Shown here one piece after another: positions 1-10,417 of a stretch of DNA of 63,574 bases. Made by a program: the position numbers and the translations under genes. The stretch lies in the sequence record SRR22947727_139; one strand, given 5' to 3'. Each line of letters begins with the position of its first letter. Positions within the stretch are counted from its first letter, which is position 1. The notes under the pieces were generated by a model that ran no database searches, was not told the origin of the DNA, and was given only the letters and a program-made list of their open reading frames with translations.

Positions 1-1
1 T

Positions 2-355
2 GATTTTGATGAAGCTCTAAGACTTGCTGATAGAATTGCCATTATGAAAGATGGTATCATTGAGCAATTAGATACACCTGATAACATAGTGCTTAATCCC
101 GCTACAGAATACGTAAAAAAATTCACAGAAGATGTTCCAAGAGAAAAGGTATTAAAGATTGAGTCTATAATGGATAAATATGATCAATCTTTAGCAGGTC
201 ATAATACTGTTTCCAAAGATGCGATAATTGAAACAGTGGCAGAGTCAATTTTAGATAGCAAAGAAAATTTAACTGTAATTGATGTTAATAATGACAACAA
301 ACCTATTGGGATATTACAACCAAAAAAAGTAATTACGGTCTTATTTGGAAAATAA
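2..355 (+). CDS. Glycine betaine/proline/TMAO-type ABC transporter ATP-binding subunit (ProV/OpuAA family), 5'-truncated by window edge
   Basis: Frame is open from base 2: DFDEALRLADRIAIMKDG...NPATEYVKKF is the ProV-type segment after the H-loop, followed by a degenerate CBS-like tail; adjacent to a ProW-type permease. Confidence 0.88.
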   Translation, partial: DFDEALRLADRIAIMKDGIIEQLDTPDNIVLNPATEYVKKFTEDVPREKVLKIESIMDKYDQSLAGHNTVSKDAIIETVAESILDSKENLTVIDVNNDNKPIGILQPKKVITVLFGK

Positions 356-363
356 ATATTTGA

Positions 364-2424
364 ATGTTTAATTATTTAAAAAACTCAAGACAAAAACAAT
401 TTATTTTTCTTTTAACAATTTTTTTAATTTTATATTTTTTTATACCTAAAAATGAAAACAGCTATTTCTGGAGATTGCCTCCATTATTAAAAGACTTACC
501 CTTAATGTTTAATATCCTATTGGATAATTTAATGTTTAACTGGTTTACTATCCCTGTATGGGATCCTGACTGGCAAATGTATGAGGACAAAACTTTATTT
601 AGAATAATTACTAGATCAATATCAAATTCAGTATTGTTTTTTATAATTTTTATCAGAGAGATTTTTTTAGGAGGTTTTCAAACTGTAAACGCAATACTTG
701 GTGACAGTATTACTGATGCAAATACTTGGATTTCAATTCCTGCCTTACCATGGACAGCTGTAGTTATTGGTGCAATCATAATTGGGTATAAACTTGAAGG
801 AATTAGATTGGCTTTATTAGCTGGAATTGGTTTTTTTTATGTTTCTGTTTTTGGTCAATGGGAACCTTCGATGCAAACTTTATCTTTAGTTTTATTTACA
901 GCACCTGTATGTTTTATCATCGGTTTATCATTAGGTGTTTGGGGATACTTAAGTAAGAGAGTTGAAGCTATACTTCAGCCAATATTAAATGTTGCTCAAA
1001 CAATGCCGCACTTTTCTTACTTGGTTCCTATAGTTGTTTTATTTGGAGTTGGTGATCATGCAGGATCTATAGCAACTATAATTTTTGCAACTCCTCCAAT
1101 GGTGAGATTAACCATATTAGGATTAAAAAAAATTTCACCTGAAGTTATTGAGTCTGGATTAATGAGTGGTTGCAATAAATTCCAGCTCTTATTTAAAGTT
1201 TTAATCCCTACCGCTAGAAGAGATATATTAATTGGCGTCAATCAAGTTATTATGCAATGCTTAGCAATGACAACAATCGCAGCTTTTATTGGTGCAAAAG
1301 GTCTTGGTTTTAATTTAAAAGTTGCACTTAATTCTCTTAAAATAGGTAAGGCGGCAGAAATTGGTATATGTGTAGTAATTATCGCAGTAGTGCTTGATAA
1401 ATTATCTTTAGCTTGGGCTAATAAACAAAAGGATTACTTCGCAAATCTTAATTTTTATCAGAGAAATAGACTATCTATTTTCTTTATTTTATTAACTTTT
1501 TGCTGTTCAATTGTAGCTTTTATTGCTTCTTATTTTTTTCCTGAAGGTTTTAATTATTTATATTTAATTCCTTTTAATAAAGGTCTAACTGTATCACCAA
1601 TTCTAGACGCCTTCGTTGATTGGATTTGGAATACTTTTTTTTATTATTTAAATTCATTTAATATTTTTTTATTAACAAATGTATTAGGTCCAATGAAGCA
1701 AGCATATCTTAATATGCCTGTAATCTCTACTTTTGTTCTATTCATGGGTGCAGGTTATATAATAGGAGGTTTAAGATCTTGCTTAATAGTTGGAAGTCTT
1801 ATTCTTTTCATAGCATTATCAGAGTATTGGGACAGAACTCTTATTACTTTATATATGGCCACATTTGCAGTTGGTGTATCTGCTATTTCTGGAATTATAG
1901 TGGGTTCGTTATGCTCTCAAAATGATTTTGCTAGTAAATCTATTTTGTCAATTTGTGATTTCTTTCAAACTTTTCCATCTTTCATTTATTTAATACCAGT
2001 TATTTTGTTGTTTGGCATAACTGATACCTCTGTAATGATAGCTGCGATTGTTTATGCTAGTGTCCCTGCTACAAGATATACTGTTGAAGGACTTAGAAGT
2101 GTTCCATCATCATTACATGATGCAGGATCAATGTCAGGAGTTTCAAGACTTCAAAGATGGAGATTAATTGATCTCCCATTAGCCCTACCTCACATTATGT
2201 TAGGAATTAATCAAACTGTTATATTTGCTCTAATGATGATTGTTCTTGGAGCATTAATTGGAACAGAAGATTTAGGTCAACTTATTATGGGTAGTTTGTC
2301 TAGACCAAATGGAGCCGGAATAGGTTTTACTCTTGGAATTTTTATTTCTTTTATATGTCTTGCAGTAGATAACTTAATAAGAACTTGGGCAGATGAAAGA
2401 AAAAAATTACTGGGTATTCAGTAA
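364..2424 (+). CDS. Betaine-type ABC permease, two fused ProW-like domains
   Basis: Two copies of the ProW signature (QTMPHFSYLVP...GVNQVIM and QTFPSFIYLIP...GINQTVI), two EAA-like loops, many TM helices. Confidence 0.9.
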   Translation: MFNYLKNSRQKQFIFLLTIFLILYFFIPKNENSYFWRLPPLLKDLPLMFNILLDNLMFNWFTIPVWDPDWQMYEDKTLFRIITRSISNSVLFFIIFIREIFLGGFQTVNAILGDSITDANTWISIPALPWTAVVIGAIIIGYKLEGIRLALLAGIGFFYVSVFGQWEPSMQTLSLVLFTAPVCFIIGLSLGVWGYLSKRVEAILQPILNVAQTMPHFSYLVPIVVLFGVGDHAGSIATIIFATPPMVRLTILGLKKISPEVIESGLMSGCNKFQLLFKVLIPTARRDILIGVNQVIMQCLAMTTIAAFIGAKGLGFNLKVALNSLKIGKAAEIGICVVIIAVVLDKLSLAWANKQKDYFANLNFYQRNRLSIFFILLTFCCSIVAFIASYFFPEGFNYLYLIPFNKGLTVSPILDAFVDWIWNTFFYYLNSFNIFLLTNVLGPMKQAYLNMPVISTFVLFMGAGYIIGGLRSCLIVGSLILFIALSEYWDRTLITLYMATFAVGVSAISGIIVGSLCSQNDFASKSILSICDFFQTFPSFIYLIPVILLFGITDTSVMIAAIVYASVPATRYTVEGLRSVPSSLHDAGSMSGVSRLQRWRLIDLPLALPHIMLGINQTVIFALMMIVLGALIGTEDLGQLIMGSLSRPNGAGIGFTLGIFISFICLAVDNLIRTWADERKKLLGIQ

Positions 2425-3282
2425 TTACTCTCCTAGTAAACTATCATCTAAAATGTTAGTGTCATATGCGGAGTAAGAGTGCCACCCATTAACAGTTTGA
2501 TCAAAATCAATTACACTACCTGTCATTAATCCTGACTCATCAGAACACATAAAAGCCAGGCCCTTTGCTACATCAATTGGTTTCGTTAGTCTTTTATAAG
2601 GCACTTTATTCTCTTCTTTTGAAAGCCAATCCTCTCCTTTTTTATGAACTCTTTTTTGTATATCGTGTTCGGCAGGAGTATCTGTCCATCCTATATTTAA
2701 AGCATTAACTCTAATCTGATGTCCTGCTAAAGAATTGGCAATATTTTTTGTCATAATTGCCAAAGCGGCTTTTGATCCACTATAAGCAAGTATAAATGGC
2801 ATTCCACTGTACATTGCCATTGATAAAACATTAGCAATTGTTCCATCATGCTTGTCTCGAATCATTATCTTTACTGCTTCTTGCATGAGGATGAATGGCG
2901 CTCTAGCATTGATATTAAAATTATTTTCATAATTTTCAAGAGTGGCACTTAAAATAGTACCTCGCTCTGTATATCCTGCAACATTAACCAATGAATGTAC
3001 TGTTCCAAATTCCGTATCTGTAAGGGCCACGATTTTCTTGCAATCTTCTACTTTTGATAAATCAGCCTTAACATAAAGACACTCTGCACCTAATTCTTCA
3101 ATTTCTTTTTTAATTTGTAGTCCTTTATTTTCTTGCCTTCCACAAATTGTGATTGCTTTAGCGCCTCTAGCAGCAAAAAGTTTAGCAGTCTCTGCTCCAC
3201 TTCCTTGAGTGCTTCCAGTTATGATAATAACTTTTCCATCAAATTGTTTATTTATTTCTGAAGTATAATTATTACTATCCAT
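2425..3282 (-). CDS. Short-chain dehydrogenase/reductase
   Basis: TGSTQGSG Rossmann motif, NVAG, YSGSK catalytic YxxxK. Confidence 0.9.
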   Translation of the reverse strand: MDSNNYTSEINKQFDGKVIIITGSTQGSGAETAKLFAARGAKAITICGRQENKGLQIKKEIEELGAECLYVKADLSKVEDCKKIVALTDTEFGTVHSLVNVAGYTERGTILSATLENYENNFNINARAPFILMQEAVKIMIRDKHDGTIANVLSMAMYSGMPFILAYSGSKAALAIMTKNIANSLAGHQIRVNALNIGWTDTPAEHDIQKRVHKKGEDWLSKEENKVPYKRLTKPIDVAKGLAFMCSDESGLMTGSVIDFDQTVNGWHSYSAYDTNILDDSLLGE

Positions 3283-4280
3283 TATTTTATTTTAATTAAT
3301 TTATTTAACTTAACCGATTTAGTTGCACAATCAGCTAATATTAATGCTTCCTTACCATCATTAAAACTTACTTTTGGTTTTTTCTTTAATTTTATAGAAT
3401 TTAAAAAATCATCAAATTGAATACGGTACGCTTCTGTATACCTTTCGATAAAAAAGTTTTTAATTGGACTTTTTGCAAAAGATATATTTTGATTATAAGA
3501 ATTAATATTATATTCAGAAACATTATCAGAAATTAACATACCCTTACTTCCAAATACTTCCAATCTTTGATCATAACCATACACAGCTCTTCTAGAATTA
3601 TTAATATGCACTAAGACACCACTTTTGGATTTCATGACACACATTGTGGTGTCAAAATCATCAGTTTTTTTGAAATCATTAGACACGTTTCTACTTCCAG
3701 AAGCATATATATCTACAATTGGATCGTTTTGAAGAACATATCTAGCAAGATCAAAATCATGTATTGAGCAGTCTCTAAAAATACCGCCAGACACTTTTAA
3801 ATAATCTAAACCAGGGGGTGCGGGATCTCTACTTGTGATCACTATCATCTCTAATTTTCCAATTTTTCCCGATAAAACATCTTTTTGTACTTTGTTATGA
3901 CTAGGGTCGTATCTTCTATTGAAGCCAATTTGTATATTAGGATTGTATTTTTTAACTTTTGCCCAACAGCTATTTACTTTTTTAATATCCAAATCAATAG
4001 GTTTTTCACAAAATATAGCCTTACCAGCTTCTGCCCCGATTGTAATATATTTTGTATGTGTTGGGGTAGCAGAGGCAATTAATATAGCATCAACATCATA
4101 AGAGGAAATAGCCTCTTTTGCAGTTTTAGCTATTTTACAATTATATTTTTTTGCAATTGCTTTTGATGATTTAGTATCAATATCATACACGTATTTAATT
4201 TCTGAATTAGGATGTGAATTTATAATTTCTGCGTGTAATTTTCCAATTCTTCCAGTTCCAAGTAAAGCAAATTTAATCAT
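3282..4280 (-). CDS. iolG: myo-inositol 2-dehydrogenase (Gfo/Idh/MocA)
   Basis: GTGRIG, CEKPID, GFNRRYDP, SRDP, SGGIFRD..IHDFD, YGYDQRLEVFG motifs. Confidence 0.85.
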   Translation of the reverse strand: MIKFALLGTGRIGKLHAEIINSHPNSEIKYVYDIDTKSSKAIAKKYNCKIAKTAKEAISSYDVDAILIASATPTHTKYITIGAEAGKAIFCEKPIDLDIKKVNSCWAKVKKYNPNIQIGFNRRYDPSHNKVQKDVLSGKIGKLEMIVITSRDPAPPGLDYLKVSGGIFRDCSIHDFDLARYVLQNDPIVDIYASGSRNVSNDFKKTDDFDTTMCVMKSKSGVLVHINNSRRAVYGYDQRLEVFGSKGMLISDNVSEYNINSYNQNISFAKSPIKNFFIERYTEAYRIQFDDFLNSIKLKKKPKVSFNDGKEALILADCATKSVKLNKLIKIK

Positions 4281-4289
4281 TTTATATTT

Positions 4290-5483
4290 TTATACCTTAA
4301 ACCATTTTGCATTATTATTGGATGATTTTTTAGCTGTAAAAACAAATTTAATTCCTTTTAATCCATCTTCTATGTTTGGAAATGTAAATTTTGATTTTTT
4401 TAAAATTTTTTTATGAATAGCTTCTGCAAATTCAGTATAGATATTAGCAAATGCTTCGAAAAACCCTTCAGGATGTCCAGCCGCCAACCTTGATGAAGTT
4501 AATGAAAATTTAGAAACAGAACTACTAGCTCTCGTAATAATTTTTAAAGGTTTATTAATCTCAGTAAATTTTAAATTGTTTGGATCATCTTGAAACCATT
4601 CTATTGCTCCTTTATTTCCAAAAACTCGAATTTTTAAACCATTTTCCCCACCCGTTGCCGCTGATGATACCCAGATCATACCTCTTGCTCTATTTTTCAT
4701 TCTCACAATAACAAATGCATTATCATCAACTGTAATTTCAGATGATAAAGAGTTAACTTCTGCTGAAAGCTCGCTAACTTCTAAACCAGTTACATACCTT
4801 AACAGATGATAAGCATGTGTTCCTATTTCAGACAAAATCATTGAGGGTCCTGATAAGTTTTTATCCAATCTCCATTTCAAAGTTTTTTTTTCATTTTTCT
4901 TCTTAACATTGACGGTATAACCTTGAGGATATTCTACATTAATTAAATTAATATTTCCAATTTTACCTTTTTTTACTATCTCTTTTGCTTCACGCAGCAT
5001 TGGATAAGAAGAATAATTATGCGTAAGCGCAAATATTATTTTATGTTTTTTTACCAATTTTTTAAGTTCTTCTGCATCTTTAATTGTTGCGGTAAGAGGT
5101 TTATCACAAACAATATGCACTTTATTTTCAATAAATGGTTTAGCTATTTTATAATGGTCACCTGAAGGAGTCATTATACCAAGAGCCTGAATCCCATCAT
5201 CTCTTTGTGATTCTTTTAAAGCCATCTCTTTATAATTATTATAACATCTGTCTTTATCCAAACCTAAAGATGTACCAAATAAAATAGATTTTTTTCTGTC
5301 TTTAGAAAAAACTCCAGCCACAAAATCAAATCTATTATCAAACCTTGCCGCCAATCTATGTGTATAACCAATAAACGAGTTAGGTCCCCCACCTATAAAA
5401 CCAATTCTAATTTTTTTATTTTTTAAGGAGTCATTTCTTAATAAATCTAATCGACCAAAAGCAATTTTATTTTTCTCTTTCAT
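4290..5483 (-). CDS. Gfo/Idh/MocA family oxidoreductase (inositol/sugar type)
   Basis: GGGPNSFIG, CDKPL, EYPQG, IGTHAYH, AGHPEGFFEAFANIY. Confidence 0.88.
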   Translation of the reverse strand: MKEKNKIAFGRLDLLRNDSLKNKKIRIGFIGGGPNSFIGYTHRLAARFDNRFDFVAGVFSKDRKKSILFGTSLGLDKDRCYNNYKEMALKESQRDDGIQALGIMTPSGDHYKIAKPFIENKVHIVCDKPLTATIKDAEELKKLVKKHKIIFALTHNYSSYPMLREAKEIVKKGKIGNINLINVEYPQGYTVNVKKKNEKKTLKWRLDKNLSGPSMILSEIGTHAYHLLRYVTGLEVSELSAEVNSLSSEITVDDNAFVIVRMKNRARGMIWVSSAATGGENGLKIRVFGNKGAIEWFQDDPNNLKFTEINKPLKIITRASSSVSKFSLTSSRLAAGHPEGFFEAFANIYTEFAEAIHKKILKKSKFTFPNIEDGLKGIKFVFTAKKSSNNNAKWFKV

Positions 5484-6253
5484 TAATTAACTATACCACC
5501 GTCAATAACATAATTTTGAGCAGTACAACCTGAGCTTTGCTCAGAGGCAAAAAATAACACTGCTTTTGAAATATCTTCAGGTACTAACATTCTTTTAATA
5601 CACTGACGCTCTAGTTGGTTTTTTTTAATCTCATCTGTAAGCCAAAGCTTTTTTTGCCTCTCGGTTATAATCCAGCCAGGAACAATGCAATTAACTCTCA
5701 CGTTATACACTCCAAGATCTCTTGCTAAAGTTCTTGTTAATCCCATTACTGCTGATTTTGCAGTTGTGTATCCAGGCATACCTCCTTGAGCAATCATCCA
5801 CGAAAAACTTCCAATATTTACTATTGTCCCCCAACCCATATCTTTCATATCTTTATAAACTGATTGAGCTGCAAAAAAATAATGTCTTAAATTTATATTC
5901 ATTCTATCATCCCAGAATTCAGGGGTTACAGAGTCAATATCATGCCTTTCATCATTAGCAGCATTATTAACTAAAACAGATATACTTCCTAATTTCTCTC
6001 TTACTAATGAGATAGAATTTTTAAGTTGATCAATATCCTTAAGATCACATTTAATAAATAAAGGGATTTGTTTATATTCTAGTTTTATTTTGTTAACTAA
6101 ATTCTCTGCAGCTTTTTCATCTATATCCAAAAAAGCAACTTTAGATTGTTGTTTTATAAATTGTTCAACAATACTCTCCCCTATACCTTGTGCCCCACCT
6201 GTGACCAAGACTACTTTATTTTTAAGTGAGGGATAAGTTGCAATTTCATTCAT
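5483..6253 (-). CDS. SDR aldose dehydrogenase, Caulobacter XylB (D-xylose 1-dehydrogenase)-like
   Basis: YPSLKNKVVLVTGGAQGIG, NNAANDERH, NLRHYFF, YTTAK, PGWIITERQKKLW resemble the XylB subfamily; substrate inferred. Confidence 0.75.
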   Translation of the reverse strand: MNEIATYPSLKNKVVLVTGGAQGIGESIVEQFIKQQSKVAFLDIDEKAAENLVNKIKLEYKQIPLFIKCDLKDIDQLKNSISLVREKLGSISVLVNNAANDERHDIDSVTPEFWDDRMNINLRHYFFAAQSVYKDMKDMGWGTIVNIGSFSWMIAQGGMPGYTTAKSAVMGLTRTLARDLGVYNVRVNCIVPGWIITERQKKLWLTDEIKKNQLERQCIKRMLVPEDISKAVLFFASEQSSGCTAQNYVIDGGIVN

Positions 6254-6275
6254 GATTTTTTTTAATTTTAATTTA

Positions 6276-6289
6276 TATAATAATTAATG
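6276..6289 (+). promoter_or_regulatory. Putative -10 box (TATAAT) 5 nt before the ATG; possible leaderless transcript
   Basis: TATAAT at 6276-6281, ATG at 6287, no Shine-Dalgarno, 33-bp divergent spacer. Confidence 0.45.
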
Positions 6290-7789
6290 TTTAACATAAT
6301 CAAATTAAATGAAAAAGATAATATTGGAATTGCTACGATGGATATTCCTGAGAGTATAGAAACTAACCTTAAATTTATATCTAAAGATAAAATCCCTTAT
6401 GGTCATAAAATATCACTAAAAAAAATAAATAAAGGAGAATATATTTATAGATATGGTCAAATTATTGGAATTACTCGATGCGATATTGACATAGGTAAGC
6501 ATGTTCACTCACATAACTTAGAATTTTCAGAATTTGATAGAAAATATAATAATGAGTTTTTCATAAAAAAAGAAATGAATAATAATCAAGAGAAATTCTT
6601 TCAAGGTTATAAAAGAGTTGATGGCTCTTCAGGTACTAGGAATTATATTGGCCTTATAAGTACTGTTAATTGCTCAGCTACAGTTGTTAAAAAAATTGCT
6701 GATAGAATAAATGAATATCTTTCAAAGAAAGATTTTATGAATATTGATGGTGCTGTATGCTTAAAACATTCATCTGGATGTGGAATGAACACTACTGGAT
6801 ATGGAATGAATACCTTTAATAGAACAATAGAAGGTTTTAAAGTTCATCCAAATTTTGGAAAAGTATATGTAATAGGGTTAGGATGTGAGTGTGCTCAAAT
6901 TTCTTTATACAATCAAAGTCAATTAGAAAAAAATATTGATTATTTAAATATTCAAGATGAAGGTGGCACAAAAGAAATTATAAGTAAGGTAAGTGAAAAA
7001 ATAATCAATGAACTTGAAATAATAAATAATATTAAAAGAACGCCAATACCAATATCAGAACTAAATGTTGCTTTACAATGCGGAGGGTCAGACTCCTATT
7101 CTGGCATTACTGCTAACCCAGCTCTAGGAATTGCTTCAGATATGCTAATAGATCATGGAGGATCATCAATCCTATCAGAGACAACTGAAATTTATGGTGC
7201 GGAACATTTATTATATGAAAGATCAATTAATAAAAAAAATATTGAAAAAATTGAAAAACAAATTGAATGGTGGAAAGAACATCTTACTAAAAATCATAGC
7301 ACCTTAGACAACAACCCTTCTCCAGGAAATAAAAAGGGGGGCTTAACTACAATATTAGAAAAATCACTAGGGGCAGTTGCTAAAAGTGGTAACTCGCCTA
7401 TGGTCGATGTGCTGGATTATGGAGAACCAGTAAAGACAAAAGGTTTTAATTTTATGAATAGCCCTGGTTATGATCCTGTATCAGTAACTGGTCAAGTTGC
7501 ATCGGGAGCAAATATAATCTGTTTTACTACAGGAAGAGGATCTTGTTTTGGATTTAAACCTACTCCAAGTATTAAAATAGCAACAAATACGAATATGTAT
7601 AATAAACTTGAAGAAGATATGGATATTAACGCCGGAACTATAATGGATAATGAAAAAACAATAGAAGAAATTGGGGAAGAAATATTTAATAAAATAATTG
7701 CAGTTGCCTCTGGAGAAAAATCAAAAAGTGAAATTAATGGCTACGGCGATGATGAGTTTAATCCTTGGATAATAGATCCAACACTATAA
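6287..7789 (+). CDS. UxaA/GarD family sugar-acid dehydratase (SAF + dehydratase domains)
   Basis: IPYGHK..YGQIIG..HVHSHN SAF domain; GTRNYI, STVNCS, GLGCE, CGGSD, ILEKSLG, FTTGRG. Confidence 0.9.
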   Translation: MFNIIKLNEKDNIGIATMDIPESIETNLKFISKDKIPYGHKISLKKINKGEYIYRYGQIIGITRCDIDIGKHVHSHNLEFSEFDRKYNNEFFIKKEMNNNQEKFFQGYKRVDGSSGTRNYIGLISTVNCSATVVKKIADRINEYLSKKDFMNIDGAVCLKHSSGCGMNTTGYGMNTFNRTIEGFKVHPNFGKVYVIGLGCECAQISLYNQSQLEKNIDYLNIQDEGGTKEIISKVSEKIINELEIINNIKRTPIPISELNVALQCGGSDSYSGITANPALGIASDMLIDHGGSSILSETTEIYGAEHLLYERSINKKNIEKIEKQIEWWKEHLTKNHSTLDNNPSPGNKKGGLTTILEKSLGAVAKSGNSPMVDVLDYGEPVKTKGFNFMNSPGYDPVSVTGQVASGANIICFTTGRGSCFGFKPTPSIKIATNTNMYNKLEEDMDINAGTIMDNEKTIEEIGEEIFNKIIAVASGEKSKSEINGYGDDEFNPWIIDPTL

Positions 7790-7802
7790 TTTTAAAATTT
7801 AT

Positions 7803-8951
7803 TTATAATATCCCAGAAAAAGACTCTTTATATAAATTATAGAAATCTTTTATTTCAAGTGGAATCGGATTACCTCCAGTTGACGGGTCATTTTTTGCCA
7901 TCTTACTCATTTCTTCAAACTTTGAGTCATCCTGAATAAGCTCCTTTAATGTATGAGGAATTGATAATTCCTTTCTTAAATACAATATCCAATTCATAAA
8001 TCCTTCAAAAGTTTGATCTTCTAAGTTTAAATACCTTGATAAAGAAATTATTTTTTCTTCAATAACTTTTTTATTTCTTCTTAAAACATAGGGCATAAAA
8101 ACAGCATTAGTTAGACCATGATGAGTATTATATATTGCTCCAACGGGATGGCTTAAAGAGTGAATTGCTCCTAAGCCTTTTTGAAAAGCAATTGACCCCA
8201 TTGATGATGCAGCTAACATACTTCCTCTTGCATCTAAATTTGATCCATCATGATAAGCATTAATTAAATTATTTTTGACAATAAACATTCCCTCCAGTGC
8301 AATTCCTTGAGAAAAAGGATGGAAAAAATTTGAACAATATGATTCTAAACAATGAGCTAGTGCATCCATACCTGTAAATGCCGTCAAAGATTTAGGCAAA
8401 GGCACGGTTAATTCTGGATCTAAAATCACTATAGCAGGAAGCATTTTAGGGTGGAAAATTATTTTTTTTTCTTTTGTTAATTTATTTGTATAAACTCCGG
8501 CTCTACCCGTTTCTGAACCAGTACCAGCTGTAGTTGGAACAGCAATGATAGGTTTTATCGCTTCACTATTAGCTCGAGTCCAATAATCACCTATATCTTC
8601 AAAATCCCATAAAGGCCTATCTTGTCCAGCCATGAAAGCTATACCTTTACCAACATCCATTCCTGACCCCCCTCCTACAGCAATTACTCCATCATGAGCA
8701 TTTGAATTAAAATAAGAAACTCCAAGCTCAACATTATTTCCAGTTGGATTTGATTGAACATCACTAAAGATATTTGCTTTAGTATTTAAAGATGAATTTA
8801 TTTTTTCAATTATATCAGTCTTTAATATTCCTGGGTCAGTAACAATTAGCGGCTTTTGAATATTTAAACTCTCACAAGCTTTTTGAATTTCATTAATTCT
8901 TTGATCTCCAAACCATATAGTTGTTGGATAATTCCAATTCATTGACATCAT
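7803..8951 (-). CDS. Iron-containing alcohol dehydrogenase
   Basis: GGGSGMD, PTTAGTGSE, DALAH, HSLSH, HHGLTNA. Confidence 0.93.
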   Translation of the reverse strand: MMSMNWNYPTTIWFGDQRINEIQKACESLNIQKPLIVTDPGILKTDIIEKINSSLNTKANIFSDVQSNPTGNNVELGVSYFNSNAHDGVIAVGGGSGMDVGKGIAFMAGQDRPLWDFEDIGDYWTRANSEAIKPIIAVPTTAGTGSETGRAGVYTNKLTKEKKIIFHPKMLPAIVILDPELTVPLPKSLTAFTGMDALAHCLESYCSNFFHPFSQGIALEGMFIVKNNLINAYHDGSNLDARGSMLAASSMGSIAFQKGLGAIHSLSHPVGAIYNTHHGLTNAVFMPYVLRRNKKVIEEKIISLSRYLNLEDQTFEGFMNWILYLRKELSIPHTLKELIQDDSKFEEMSKMAKNDPSTGGNPIPLEIKDFYNLYKESFSGIL

Positions 8952-8955
8952 AACT

Positions 8956-10335
8956 TTATACTTTCCTTAAATGGTAACTTTTAGCTCTTGTTAAATGATC
9001 AAAACCCAAGACAGATAAAGTGATACCCATTCCTGTGTCTTTAACACCAGTCCATGCAAGTCCAGGATCAAGATAATCACATCTATTCATAAAAAATGTA
9101 CCCGTTTGAATTTTATTTCCAAAGTTGGCGGCAAATTCTTTATCAGAAGTCCATACACTTGCCGTTAAACCATATGCGCTATCATTCATCAAAACTTCTG
9201 CATCTTTTTCGTTTTTAACTTTCATAATTCCAACAGTTGGCCCAAAAGTTTCTTCCATCATGAATTCCATATCGTGACTTACATTTATTAATGCTGATGG
9301 TGTTACATAACAATTCTCCAAATTATCTTTTTTAAAATTAGATCCATCTATTATGTTTTTGGCACCTTCATTAATTGCTGTTAATACTTTGTTGCGAATA
9401 CTATTTGCTGCACTCAATTTTACAACAGGGCCAAGATTAGTCGATTGGTCTAATGGATTATCAAGAGTGTATTTTTCTGTTTGTATTTTAAAAGCTTCAA
9501 CAAAATTATCAAATATACTTTCATCAACATATATTCTTTCAATTCCACAACAAGATTGGCCTGAATTAAAGTAAGAACCGTCAACTAAATTTTCTACAGC
9601 ATGTTCAAAGTTGCAATCAGACCTTACATATGCAGGATCTTTCCCACCTAACTCTAATCCTGCCCCTATAAATCTTGTTCCAATAGCTTTTTTTATCTCT
9701 CTGCCTCCTGAGACAGAACCTGTAAATAAGACATGATTGATACGATGATCAGAAATTATCTTTGAAGTTGATACATGATCTAAGTGTAAAATTTGAAAAA
9801 CACTTTCTGGAATACCAGATTTTTTAGCAGCTTTTAATAATTGCTCAGCGCATAAGGGTGTTTGTGATGAGTGTTTTAAAATTACACAGTTTCCAGCAAG
9901 TAGGCTTGGAACAATAGAATTAACAGAAGTATTATATGGATAGTTCCAAGGAGCTATTACAAATATTGTGCCTAAAGGATCTTTACTTACATAATTATCA
10001 AATTCATTATCATTTTTTGAAATAACTTTATCTAATGCTCTTTCTGCATTATTAATCATGTATTTTGCTCTTTCTTCAAATCCTCTCAATTCTCCAGCAC
10101 ACTGAGATATAGGTCTCCCCATTTGTTTAGACAGTTCTTCTTCAATCTCCTTACTGTTAGATAAAAAACAATCCACAAACTTTACAATTAATTTTTTTCT
10201 TTCTTGTAAATTTGTATTTTTCCAAGTTGTTTTAGCTTTATGAGATGAAGTCAGTGTATTTTCAATTGTGCTATCACTCGCATAAGGAATTTCAGAATAT
10301 AGAGAGTTATCGATTGGGGATATAGTTTTTAGCAT
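8956..10335 (-). CDS. NAD(P)-dependent aldehyde dehydrogenase
   Basis: PWNYP, FTGS, ELGGKD, GQSCC, EETFGP. Confidence 0.93.
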   Translation of the reverse strand: MLKTISPIDNSLYSEIPYASDSTIENTLTSSHKAKTTWKNTNLQERKKLIVKFVDCFLSNSKEIEEELSKQMGRPISQCAGELRGFEERAKYMINNAERALDKVISKNDNEFDNYVSKDPLGTIFVIAPWNYPYNTSVNSIVPSLLAGNCVILKHSSQTPLCAEQLLKAAKKSGIPESVFQILHLDHVSTSKIISDHRINHVLFTGSVSGGREIKKAIGTRFIGAGLELGGKDPAYVRSDCNFEHAVENLVDGSYFNSGQSCCGIERIYVDESIFDNFVEAFKIQTEKYTLDNPLDQSTNLGPVVKLSAANSIRNKVLTAINEGAKNIIDGSNFKKDNLENCYVTPSALINVSHDMEFMMEETFGPTVGIMKVKNEKDAEVLMNDSAYGLTASVWTSDKEFAANFGNKIQTGTFFMNRCDYLDPGLAWTGVKDTGMGITLSVLGFDHLTRAKSYHLRKV

Positions 10336-10417
10336 TAGAATGATTTAGTTTTTTTAGTATGTTAAATCAATTCTTTTATGATAAGATGTATTAACAAACA
10401 AACAAAAATTACAATAT

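Noticed and set aside
7788-7802. AT-only palindrome between convergent genes
   Set aside because: Too weak for a terminator and expected at this composition.
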